A DNA stretch of 64,000 bases from Lytechinus pictus (taxonomy: Eukaryota): assembly GCF_037042905.1 (NCBI RefSeq), contig NC_087250.1, positions 7,318,001 through 7,382,000 on the forward strand, written 5' to 3'. The notes under the pieces are model-generated. The model had not been told where the DNA came from and ran no database searches. It saw only the letters and a program-made list of their open reading frames with translations. A program made the translations under genes and the position numbers. This document shows, in pieces, positions 37,865 through 50,670 of the stretch; the first letter of the stretch is position 1; each line of letters opens with the position of its first letter.

Positions 37865-38388
37865 AATCGGGCATGTTGATTGGACACTTCCTTCGCAAAC
37901 TTCCTGCCAAGTTAAACCGGCGAGGAGCATTCATGTAACGAGCTCTCTGATTGGTCAAATGTGCTGTCTGTCAAGCGAGCGGTGTACAGGGGGACACGTG
38001 TGTGCAGGGGGATAGATGTTATTCCACACACAGTCACGCGGGGATGAACGGAGATCATTTAAAAAAAACGCACCGGAAACGAAGTGGGGATCATTATTAG
38101 TGTCGCATACCTAGTCAATTTGTCCCTAGTTAATGTGAACTATTATTATACTTCGCGAAATTCTTCTTCTTCTGCGTGGAACGACAAGCCTGTGCGACTA
38201 ATTGAAATTGAAAGTACCATTTCTTTCTTTTTCGATTCCGTGAACTTAATGAATATTAAACTCGACGTTTGGATACATAGAGAGAGAGAGGGGAAATTCA
38301 AGAGAGAACCCAGAAAGGCGGACCGTGTTGCATGATTATTCTTCGTAATATTTTGAACGGAATTTATCTGATGAAGGAAATATAAACG
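37865..38388 (+). promoter_or_regulatory. Putative promoter and non-coding first exon of gene 2
   Basis: CpG-richer unique sequence; reverse CCAAT boxes (GATTGG at about 37878 and 37949); strong donor ACG|gtaagt at 38389. Confidence 0.5.
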
Positions 38389-38417
38389 GTAAGTGCGTTT
38401 TGACATCAGTAGTTTAA

Positions 38418-39012
38418 AGGTCAAGTCCATCCCAGAAAATTGTTGATTTGAATAAATAAAGAAAAATCAAACTAGCATAACACTGAAAATTTCATCAAAA
38501 TCGGATGTAAAATAAGAAAGTTATGACATTTTAAAGTTTCGCTTATTTTTCACAAAACAGTGATATGCACAACTCAGTGACATTCAAATGAGACACTTGA
38601 TGATGTCCATCACTCACTACTTCTTTTGTTTTTTACTGTTTTAATTAAACAATATTTCATTTTTTTTGCAGATTTGACAATAAGGACCAACTTGACTGAG
38701 CTATATAGTATCAAACAATGCTAATTCTACATGTTCAGGGAGGAATTAAACGTTGTTTCACTTGACAACGAGGAGAAAATTTAAATATTTCATATTTCAT
38801 ATAATAAAATACAAAAGAAATAGTGAGTGGATGACGTCATCAGTCTGCTCATTTGCATACCGACCAGGAACTGTTTTGTGAAATTACGCAAAACTTCAAA
38901 ATGTCATAACTTTCTTATTTTTCATCCAATTTTGATGAAATTTTCAGTGTTATGCTTGTTGGATTTTCCTCTTTTTATTCAAATCAACTTTTTGTTGGGG
39001 TGGACTTGTCCT
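38418..39012. mobile_element. Kolobok-like MITE (family A)
   Basis: TTAA TSD; TIR AGGTCAAGTCCA / TGGACTTGTCCT. Confidence 0.85.
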
Positions 39013-39235
39013 TTAATGGTTCGGTTACACCAACGTAACGGACTCCAATCCGACCGATCGTATGTCATTGGTAATAACCTAATAGCTTTGATCGGTCTAG
39101 AATCGGTATCGTTGGTGTGGCCATATCATAAATGTGAAAAAAGGGACAAAATTAAGTTGTGTATCGTTGTTACATAACATGAAAACAGCTTGTCGAATTT
39201 GTTTAAATTTAAGTAATGAATTCCATATAGTAATA

Positions 39236-39560
39236 CACTGTTATAGAAAAAAAACAGAAAATTTTACAGAAGAAAAAAAAATTAAAACAGTTTTTACAGA
39301 AAGAAATCACCGAATCATTTTGTAAATTGTTATGAGAGGAAATATTTTTTTTTACAATTTTCTACATTTTAACAGAGCAAGTCTGTTTTGAAAAAAGGGG
39401 GAAAATTTGTTTTAATAAATGTGTAAGGTTACATACACCGATTACCAATTTTCTGTAATTTTACACAAATGCATGTAAGATTACACAGTGCAGTAAGATT
39501 ACAGGTGTTGTCGAGTCTCTGCTGCAGGATTTTTTTTTGTTGTTGAAATTTTCTAACAGT
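39236..39560. mobile_element. TA-flanked CACTG MITE
   Basis: CACTGTTA...TAACAGTG; relative at 50326-50612. Confidence 0.7.
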
Positions 39561-40126
39561 GTACAATCTAACAATAGGATTTGTCAAAATGAATATTCTC
39601 TTGGTCAATACGTGTTCCAGCACCGAGAAAAGTAGTAAAAGTTGACCAATTTTTTAATTGGCTAAAATCTACCAAGAATTTGATTGGTTTTGACGAATTT
39701 CATTTGGCGGACATTAGAGAATGGTAGTTTTGACCATACCTATTTAGAGTGTTTAAGAAAAGAATATTTAATATTTTTTTCCTGTTTTTTCCTCGATATC
39801 CTGTTTTGACAACACGTTTTCATTTGCTCCATTAGCGTTAGTGGTCAAGTTCATTTATGTACATATAGACGTTGAGGCTGATCAAAGAAAGCATTATACT
39901 TATATTCTTTTTAAATCAAAATTGGATGCCAGATTTATTGATTTGATTTGATTTATTTGTTCTTTACTTCATACATTCATATAATTCGTACAAAACATTT
40001 TTTCATAACATAACATAATATTGCATAGCATAACATTATTTGCTGTAATTGGCAAGAATCATAGAATATAGGTACTAAAAATGTCATTTAACACACATAA
40101 AAAAATGACCCACTACCAATATATTA

Positions 40127-40367
40127 CACTGCAAAAACTCTGGTGTTGATTTAACACCAGCCCGGAATATATGTATGTCCACACCAGAGAAGTGTTAAAC
40201 AACACCAGTTTCATTTTGGTCTAACACCAGATAGGTGTTTATACAACACCAATTAGTATTAAAACAGCATCGGTTTGATTCCAAACTGGTGTTGTTTCAA
40301 TACTTCTCTGGTGAGGACATAATAGATTCCGCGCTGGTGTTAAATCAACACCGGAGTTTTTGCAGTG
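40127..40367. mobile_element. TA-flanked palindromic CACTG MITE
   Basis: TIR CACTGCAAAAACTC(C/T)GGTGTTGATTTAACACCAG; relative at 57553-57794. Confidence 0.85.
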
Positions 40368-40452
40368 TACATAATAGGAGGATTGTCATCATAATGAGAT
40401 TGCTTGGAAAAAAAATGACAACCCCGGATTCAAACTCATGAAATTGATTGAA

Positions 40453-40648
40453 AACTCTAAAAAAAAACGAATAGCTACGAAGAGCTAATTTAGCTCTTAA
40501 AGATCATGTATCTAGTGACTGCACTTCGGAGTGCTGATTTTGTTCGTTCAAATTTGAACTAAACGAGTCAGCACTCCGAGGTGCAGTCACAATACACGCT
40601 CCTTAAGAGCTAAATTAGCTCTTCGTAGCTCTTCGGTTTTTTTAGAGT
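40453..40648. mobile_element. Hairpin MITE
   Basis: Arms of about 90 bp (TAGCTACGAAGAGCTAATTTAGCTCTTAA and its reverse complement). Confidence 0.75.
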
Positions 40649-40769
40649 GAATACAATTATACAGCAGAATGGGTATATCTTTATACAAAAAAAGTTCATA
40701 ATGAAGATGGAGATGGCGAAGATGATGGTGACAATGGTCAAGATGAAAGCAACGGAGATGATGATGATA

Positions 40770-41075
40770 ATGATAATAGCCAATTTTATATATAGCGTTT
40801 TTCCCAGAACGGCTCTAAGCGCTTATCAGTATATTATTACCCCAGTCATTGGATTCATTTCAATCCCGCACGAAAAGTGCACAATTTCCACTCCCTGGGG
40901 AGCATTCCTTGCATTCATCGCAGCCTCATCATGGCGCTGGCAAATTCAAACATACACTATTTTTCGCATCCTACCGGGTATCCAATTAGCTCCTGGGTCG
41001 AGAGTGGCAAAGTGTGGATTAACGCCTTGCCAAAGGACGCTCCAAGGCGAGAGTCAGAACCACTACACCATGCAC
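40770..41075 (-). mobile_element. Degenerate SINE
   Basis: Same tail and body as 1920-2085 and 25862-26135. Confidence 0.6.
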
Positions 41076-42966
41076 TGCTCTTCCATGATGATGATGGTCA
41101 TGATGGAGATAATAGTGGTGATTAGTGTAAAAAGTTAACAATTTGTGAAAGGTTCCGAGATTTCAAAGTTCGCTTAAATAGCACCAAACAAAATTGTAAG
41201 CGTACATGTAATCATTGCATAAAATGTATTAAAAATCAGAAGATAATAAGGACTTGATCGAATCATTTAAAGTTTTATTACTGTCGATTCCACATAAACC
41301 AGATAGCGCCTGACATTGTTTTACATTTACAAGAGAAGTAAACTGATTTTCTATTCGTATTCTAAGCAAAGTGATACAAAAAAAACGAAAAATAACAAAA
41401 ATTTAAAATATTACAAAATAATCCATATTCAACATCCGATTTCAATGTTATGCATGTTTGATTTCTCTTTATTTTATTCAAACGAATTGTTGGCTGTGTA
41501 TATAGAATCTTGGCACCGAAGCATTTTGTGACAAACTGACTGTGAAATTGGTCCGACGTCTGATATGCTCTAAAATCGTTGTTGAATTAAGTCTGTAAGT
41601 AATGGTTTTATTGATCGCTTGTCTTCCAAATGCGTTTTGAAAACGTTCCAAGTTTTTTTGACAGGGGAGTTTAAAGTAGCCCGGGCGGCGCCTACACTAA
41701 AAAAAAAATACTGGGTAAAAGTTCTCCATGAGTGTAGTTATGTGTCCAACCAACATGGGGCATTTCTTTAAGGCATTTTCATTTATCCAGTGTGATGAAG
41801 ATTTCGCCAATTCTAAAGTAATTCCTGCTTATTTTTTAACCTTACTGGACAATATGCTTCCCGCATTAGGTAAAATATTGCCCAAGATTGGTTGAACACA
41901 TGATTGCCCTCGTGGTGGTAAAAAATTTACCCAATATTTTGTTTACGTTATTTAATTACATTGTTCAATTACATTACATTGTTTGAAGCAGTGAAACGAA
42001 GCAGGAGGGTAGAAAAAGTGGAGGAAAAGGAGAAAAAAGGGGAAAGGAAACAGTTCATGTATTACCATTGTGATACAGTTACGGAGACAAAATGGGTCGT
42101 CCAAAATGCCCCCTGTAAAATGACATTCGAATTTAATAGCAGCCTTAAGTAGTCTGGTAGGGAGGTAGGGTTCCCATGCACCCGAATGATATATTTTTTT
42201 AACCCACATTTTTGTAATCCTCAAGATGTTTATTGAATGAATTTTGATGTTCCCAAAACGAAATATTGTCCCATGGGGTTCAAATTCAAGATGGCGTCCA
42301 AAATGGCCGCCATATTCATGGGATTTGGATTTTCGTACATAGATTCCGACACAAACATTCATTTGCCACAAAATTAGTGTCATATGAAAGATAAATAATT
42401 TTTTTACAAGTTGATACTATTCATTGGTGATGAAATGGTAATTCGGCTGAGATTTTAATGAGAAAAGTACAATTTTGAGAATTTTTTCCAAAAAATTGAA
42501 AATTTGTGAAATACATGATTTACCATAAATCTAAGGAAAATAAAGGAATCGCCTCGAAAATTTCTAGAAAACTTTCCTAATATACAATTATTAAGTGGGC
42601 GAAATTCCAAATTGATGTATTGTACTATTCGTGTAATGGGTTCGCATTCATGAGCTCATTACGGTTTCATATCATTAGTCAAGCTAAAAGATATTTGTAA
42701 AGTGAATTCTGTTAAGAAGGGTGAAATTTGATGCCGATATCACGCAATCATTTAGACTTAAATAACAAACCTTTGAATGGAATTATATTTGAAACGTTCT
42801 TTCTTTACATGAGCCCGATCTCATGCTTTTAATTACGCATATCTGGCCAAGTTCATTACCCATAATGCACCATTCTGAACGGTGTAAATAGTTACCTTTC
42901 CTCTCGATAAAAAACACATTTTAGTTTCTATACAAACAGTAAAAAAAATAGCAGGTTGTTTAAGCC

Positions 42967-43121
42967 TAGTCTGCAGGCACAGACCTTGATTGAAACGCAA
43001 AGACTCCACGCAAAGACTAGCACATACAAAAATTGTTGTTTAGAGGGCCGTCAGTACACAAGGCATGGGTAGGCTGCAATTCAGACACTTTACTCGAGTG
43101 AAGGGTTTGCACAGCAGACTA
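42967..43121. mobile_element. AcademH-like non-autonomous element
   Basis: TIR TAGTCTGC / GCAGACTA; perfect 9-bp TSD GTTTAAGCC. Confidence 0.8.
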
Positions 43122-43493
43122 GTTTAAGCCCGTCACTCTAACAACAAGTTGTTTATTTTTGATAATTGTTTAAACTTATTAAACAAATTGTTTAAAAAGT
43201 TTAAACAATAGTTGTTAGAGTGACGGGGTTAAACAACGTGTCTAAGCTTTTAAAAGCACTTTTACAGTGCACAAATGTATAAAGTTATAGGCTAATTTAT
43301 TCTCTGTATTTCTAATAGTTGTCTCGAAATGTAAATTTGTTAATAAGGACTAGCTATTTATATCACAGAGTCAGTATACCAAGCATGTTTTTTGTCAACT
43401 CTGTCACTTTAAAATAAAATGGCACTTCGGCCTCTCATATTACCATCTGTTATAATGAATCATACTACGCCTAACTGTGATCCTACAAATTAA

Positions 43494-43979
43494 AGGAGAA
43501 GTTCACCTTGAAAAGGTTTATTGTAAAAATAGTAGAAAAATAAAAATAAAATATTGCCGAAGGTTTAAGAAAAATCCATCAAGGAATGAAAACGTCATCA
43601 GAATTTTAATTATTTGATTTGTGACGTCATATGCGAGCAGCTTTCTTACGTATCGCATGGTCAACAATCAAAGAAATGCCAATTTCTCAAAAATGGAAAT
43701 GTTTTATATTTGTACATTCAGTATATCAATAGTCAAATCATTTCACACCCGTTCCCAAAAAGAAAACAAAAACAAGACATCACAAACCATTCAAAAAATT
43801 GAAATTTATGCATTTTAGTTTACATAACATATGGGGCAGCTGCTCGTTTATGACGTCAAAAATCCCAGACATAGAATCTAATTACTTTCCTAATCTTAAA
43901 TGAATTTTCTTCAAACCTTTACCAATTTTTTTTTAATGTTATTTTTACACCAAACTTTTCTTCAGGGTGAATTTCCCCT
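43494..43979. mobile_element. Kolobok-like MITE (family D)
   Basis: TTAA|AGGAGAAGTTCACC ... GGGTGAATTTCCCCT. Confidence 0.75.
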
Positions 43980-44849
43980 TTTATTTTGTTCACTGCAACC
44001 ACCCTACCTGCGGTGAATCAGATGTAGATGTATGCAACATACAACGCACATTACTTTTGTAACCAAAAATACTAAGTTCCGTTCAGATATGACTTTTTTT
44101 GTTATTAACTTGGGGGTCATTTTTTTTATTCACCAGAGCATTCAAAATCTTTAGTTTTTAGCATATTTTTTGTGTGGGGCCCCTATTGGTGGAAAGTAAA
44201 GTTGGTCTGAATTGTCACCAAGCAATCTCTTTTTAAATCTAAACAAATAGTTTAAAGGATTCAATTTACTTAAGAGCCAAGTTATATGATGAATAGCTGT
44301 AATATATTCTGACAGTGTAAAAAATCAAGCATTCATATCCCCAAGAACAAAAGAAAATAAGCCAAACATTGCCAACCTTATTTCACCACTCAGGGAGTTC
44401 CTACCTAATAAAGGACAATGTTATATCATAACCTTGTACATTGGATTAGTGACATCGGCCTATTATTATACGATGTAAAAGATGTTGTTTTATTTTGAAA
44501 CACGTTGTTTAAAGCCTGTTACTCTATAATATAATATTAAAAAAAAACTTTTAAACAATATTTTTATTTTATAAAATAAATTGTTTAAAACATTGACCAT
44601 TTTAACTTTTAAAGAACATGTTTTTAAAATTTTAAACAATAGATGTTAGATTGACGGGCTTTAACATCGTGCTAACTTTTTTTAAATTGTGTTTTCACAG
44701 TTTTACACAATATGATATCGACTGAATGAATATTGATTGATCTGCATTCATTTCAACACACAAATCAGTAAATTTTATAAATCTATATGAATACATAGTT
44801 ACTTTGTAAGATACTTTCTTTTCATTTAAATATCACCATCATGGCACCG

Positions 44850-45600
<751 letters not shown>

Positions 45601-45877
45601 CGTACTTTTACTTTTACTATCATTATTATTAATATTATTATTTTTATTATTATCATTATCATCATCGTTGTTGTTGTTGTTTTGTTGTTGTCATCATCGT
45701 TATTAGTATCATACTAGAGTAAACATCAAATACCTTTCATGATTATTGTAGCTTCATCAGACTTCTTTGATTCTCTCTTTTCCTTGACAGGAAGCCAGCC
45801 ATTAGAGTACAAGTGGTCAAAATATCGGGATATAATTTGTCTAATCACCAAATGGAAGTACCCGGATGTTCAATATA

Positions 45878-45948
45878 ATGGCTTATACACCATCCGAAGA
45901 CAACGTCGAAGGCAGGACAATACTCCTGGTTTTCTCAAATATGATAAG
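45878..45948 (+). CDS. Gene 2, first coding segment (exon 45791-45948)
   Basis: Acceptor ttgacag|45791; ATG at 45878 (alternative 45941); MAYTPSEDNVEGRTILLVFSNMI; donor AAG|gtattt, phase 2, in frame with 63444. Confidence 0.45.
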
Positions 45949-46039
45949 GTATTTTTTTTTCTTTTTGATCTTGCTCAATATATCTTTAAAAACCTCCTTT
46001 TTATGACTTACATTTTCAGATACTGTGGGGTATACGATC

Positions 46040-46441
46040 GGTGAATTTCCAATTCGTCCACTGCCAACTCGTCCACTCACCACATGGTCTACTTTCATAT
46101 AGTCTAATGTCATTCCGTCCATCAACATTTCGTCTAACAACCATTTGGTCCAATAACCATTTGGTCCAACCATCACTTCGTCTAATCACCAGTTCGTCTA
46201 TCACCATTTCGTCCAATAACCAGTTGGTCTAATACCCGTTCCTTTTCATTCATTTTGCACAATTAACACTTAAGTTTAATTAGACCCAATGGAATATGGA
46301 CTAAATGGCAATTGGACCAGCTGGCAATTAGACGGAATGGCATTAGACTAAACGAAAGTAGACCATGTGGTGAGTAGACGAACTGATGATAGACCAAATG
46401 GTAGTAGACGAGTTGGTAATTGGACGAATTGAAAATAAGCC
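46040..46441. mobile_element. Foldback/MULE-like MITE with subterminal ~15-bp repeats
   Basis: Perfect 8-bp TSD ATACGATC; inverted CAATTCGTCCA ends. Confidence 0.85.
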
Positions 46442-46762
46442 ATACGATCTTGCATACTGGGAGCAACCCTGAAATCGTATCTCCAATATCAAAATCCCCC
46501 ACCAAGCCTTAAAGGGGAAGTTGAAGCTGAAGTTTGTCGTGAATATAGCAGAAAACAAATAATTAAAAAATATTGGTATAGGTTTGACGAAAATCCATTT
46601 AAGATTAAGAAAGTTATTAAAATTTTAGGTTTTGGATTTGCGACGTCATAAACGAGCAGCTGCCCCATTTGTTATGCAATATAAAATGCATACATTTCAA
46701 TTTTATAATGGTTCATGATGGCCTAGTTTTGTTTTCTTTTTAGGACAGGTGTGAAATGATTT

Positions 46763-46793
<31 letters not shown>

Positions 46794-47178
46794 TTTCTGC
46801 ATGTCATGACAATGTACATAGTGTGACCATCACACAATTGATTACATTAAATTTTACATAATACTAATGTATAATTATGATGATTAACATAACATTAACA
46901 TAACTGATTATAACAAGGTTGCAGACATGCAGTGGTATGACAAAATAAGCAGATGCTTGAGCTGTTGTCAGACCTTTGGATATATGAAATACATACATGA
47001 ATATAAAAACAATACTGAAAAGTCAAAACTAACGATTACACAAAGAGGGGAAAGAAAAAAAAACTAACAAACAAACAAAGAAAACCAAATAACAAATTAT
47101 TATGTTCCACAACTATTTACAAATATTTACAAGGAGTGTGTGAGGCGCATGGGCGGAAATCCCAGGGGGGACAGGGGG

Positions 47179-48479
47179 GACGCGTCCCCCCTACCATTTT
47201 GGAAAGGGGGGACATAATATCAAATGTCCCCCTACTATTTGTGGTCTTTTATTATGGAAAAAATACATAATTCAAAATCGAAATTATACACATGGGCATT
47301 TTCACGGTAACTGACAATACAAGGCACAATTTTACACACTTTTCATTGTGTGTAAGATTATCTCTAAAACAACAAATGATGGGAGTTTTGTTTTAAAGCA
47401 GACCATATTTCGAAATATATATAAACAGATAGCTTTTGTTAAGAACTTGGATAGGAAAAAAAGGCATACCGGCCCGACTATTCTCGAACTCGCAGCTAGC
47501 CCTATATGCCAGCCAAAGAGTGATGACATTGATGGCCATTGTCAATTTCATAACTAATAAAAATGACGAAAAAAGAAAATCACCTCTGGATACTTATAAG
47601 TAAATTTAGTAGTAGACGAGAATGTTCCATACCCCGTGAGAACCGCATACATTCGTAATTCCGAAGGTTCGGATATTCCGAAGGTTCGTTATTCCGAAGG
47701 TTCGTATTTCCGAAGGTTCGTAATTCCGAAGGTTCGTTAGTCCGAAAACGAAATGAGGTTCGTAATTCCGAAGGTTCGTTAGTCCGAAAACAAAGTGAGG
47801 TTCGTAATTCCGAAGGTTCGTTAATCCGGACGCGTCCCCCCTACCATTTTGGAAAGGGGGGACATAATATCAAATGTCCCCCCTACTATTTGTGGTCTTT
47901 TATTATGGAAAAAATACATAATTCAAAATCGAAATTATACACATGGGCATTTTCACGGTAACTGACAATACAAGGCACAATTTTACACACTTTTCATTGT
48001 GTGTAAGATTATCTCTAAAACAACAAATGATGGGAGTTTTGCTTTAAAGCAAACCATATTTCGAAATATATATAAACAGATAGCTTTTGTTAAGAACTTG
48101 GATAGGAAAAAAAGGCATACCGGCCCGACTATTCTCGAACTCGCAGCTAGCCCTATATGCCAGCCAAAGAGTGATGACATTGATGGCCATTGTCAATTTC
48201 ATAACTAATAAAAATGACGAAAAAAGAAAATCACCTCTGGATACTTATAAGTAAATTTAGTAGTAGACGAGAATGTTCCATACCCCGTAAGAACCGCATA
48301 CATTCGTAATTCCGAAGGTTCGGATATTCCGAAGGTTCGTTATTCCGAAGGTTCGTATTTCCGAAGGTTCGTAATTCCGAAGGTTCGTTAGTCCGAAAAC
48401 GAAATGAGGTTCGTAATTCCGAAGGTTCGTTAGTCCGAAAACAAAGTGAGGTTCGTAATTCCGAAGGTTCGTTAATCCG
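47179..48479 (+). repeat. Near-perfect ~650-bp tandem duplication
   Basis: 47179-47828 matches 47829-48479 with only a few differences. Confidence 0.95.
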
Positions 48480-48869
48480 AAAAAGAAATGAGGTTCGTAA
48501 TTCCGAAGGTTCGTTTGTCCGAAAACTAAATGATTAACTAACCTTATTTCGTTTTCGGACTAACGAACCTTCGGAACAATGAACCTTATTTCGTTTTCGG
48601 ATAAACGAACCTTCGGAACAATGAACCTTATTTCGTTTTCGGATTAACGAACCTTCGGTACAGCGAACCTTATTTCGTTTTCGGATTATCGAACCTTCGG
48701 AATAACGAAGCTTCGGAATAACGCCACAAATGTTCGGATTAACGAACCCTTTTACGTTTTCGGATTAACGAACATCGAGGTATAGGCAATTTGCGTGTTT
48801 CGGAATTACGAACCTTCGGAATAAAGAACCTTCGGAATTACGAACCTTCGGAATTACGAAGTGTAACCG
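48294..48869. mobile_element. Foldback MITE built of 17-bp TTCGTAATTCCGAAGGT-type repeats
   Basis: Two inverted repeat arrays; flanking direct repeat TAAGAAC. Confidence 0.8.
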
Positions 48870-49113
48870 TAAGAACATACCTTTGTTAAACCAATTCATT
48901 TTCCCTTTATTCCACATTTACTTGGAATAACTAGAATATTTTCATTGTTCGCGTACTCAGTAAAAAGAATAGTTTCCATGAGTTATGATGAATCCTTCGC
49001 TATGAGTTTGAACTATATTTAATCCCCAAAATTTGTTTTTAAATACTCTATTAACGAGACTTTTATATTCCATTTATACACGAAATTCCTGCCGTGGGAT
49101 GGGTCATCATAGG

Positions 49114-49332
49114 CAGGCGCGGATGCGGGGGCACTGGAGGCACGTGTCCCTCCCCTTTGAGAAGCAAAATTTGTAATGTAAAAATGCCTTTAAACCAGAA
49201 GACCTTTTTTTTTGCTTGTCAATTTTTTTCGGGTATAAAATATCCTTAATTTGTGATTTTTGGGGCTTGTCAAAATTTTCCTGCGAAAATTGTGCCCCCC
49301 CCCCCCTTTGAAAAATCGTGGATCCGCCCCAG
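49114..49332. mobile_element. hAT-like MITE
   Basis: 8-bp TSD ATCATAGG; degenerate TIR with GCGGAT/ATCCGC. Confidence 0.75.
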
Positions 49333-50174
49333 ATCATAGGTAGATCAAGGAAGCGAAGCGGTGGCCCGCCCCCTATTGGCGGCACAAAATAGGAAGGTGA
49401 GGAGAAAAATAAGAAGAAAGATAGGACGAGGAAGAAAATTAAATGATGGAAGGGGAGGGTAATAATTGGAAGAAAAAAAAGAGAAAACTTTAAGGTCATG
49501 ATATAAAAATTAAAAAGTCGCTCGCGCTTTGCATTAATACACAGCCATCTCTTTATTTAAAAACGTGCTTATTCTTTTCACTTTTTAGATCGAAATATAT
49601 AAAATCAAATCATTCATTTAGTAAGATATCCATCTTTTTCCTTATTTGTAGGTTTAAATATTTAAAAAAAGAATAGCTCGCGCTTTTTCGCTCGCATTGC
49701 TTATTGAAATAAACTCCTTGTTCTTTATTTCAAAAGTGCTTGAAAGATCCAGTTTTCAGATCTGAATATTGAAATACGGGTGTATAGTCATTTCGCGCTT
49801 CACGCTCGCATCAGTAATTATGGTTGAGTCGGATACTATTCTGTTTATTTCTATAAGGTGAAAAGAAGATGACTTTTTTGGTCGAAAAATAAAAAGAATC
49901 AGGATACGCTTTGCGCTCACATTAATCAAAATTTAGTGAGATAGCTACCCTGTCCTTGATTTTAAAATATGCTAATAATACATATTTTTAGCCCGATAAT
50001 GACACATCTTCAGCACACACTTCGCGTTCGAATCTAATATTGTTTAGTAAAATTTCTATCGTGTTCATGATTTGAAAAAGTGTTACGATTGTCCAGTTTT
50101 TAGGCTGGAAATACAAACTGTCAGCTCGCGCTTCGCGCCCTCATTAATTGTTTAGATTCCTATCCTGTTCGTTT

Positions 50175-50670
50175 TTTAGGTGCCAGGTAAAAATGGCAGA
50201 GGTAATAATGGCAGAGGTTAAAATGGCATAGGTAAAAACGGCAGAGGTAAAAAGAGCAGAGGCATAAATGACAAGAGGTAAAAATGGAAGATGTGATAAT
50301 GGCAGGGGTAAAAGTGGCCGAGGTACACTATTAGAAAAAACAGTAGATTCTACAGAAAAATTAAAAAACAGGTTTTACAGAAAAAAACCCAATAATTTTC
50401 CACAATTTTTCTACAATTTTACAGAACAGATGTTTTAAAAAGGGGAAAACAGTTTTATTACAGTAAATTTGTAAGGGTACGCGCAGAAAATACAAATTTT
50501 CTGTAATTTTACACAAATGCATGTACGATTACACAGTACAGGAAGATTACAGGTATTCTCCAGACTCTGTTGCAGGAATTTTTTATTTTTAAGTATAAAA
50601 TTTCTAACAGTGTAAAAAATGGCAGAGTTGAAAATGGCAAAGGTAAAGATGGCAGAGGCAAAAATGAAAG
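50175..50670 (+). repeat. 16-bp tandem repeat GGTAAAAATGGCAGA, interrupted by a MITE at 50326-50612
   Basis: Direct inspection. Confidence 0.75.

Noticed and set aside
47332..48208. Pair of duplicated small ORFs
   Set aside because: By-product of the 650-bp duplication within a non-coding element
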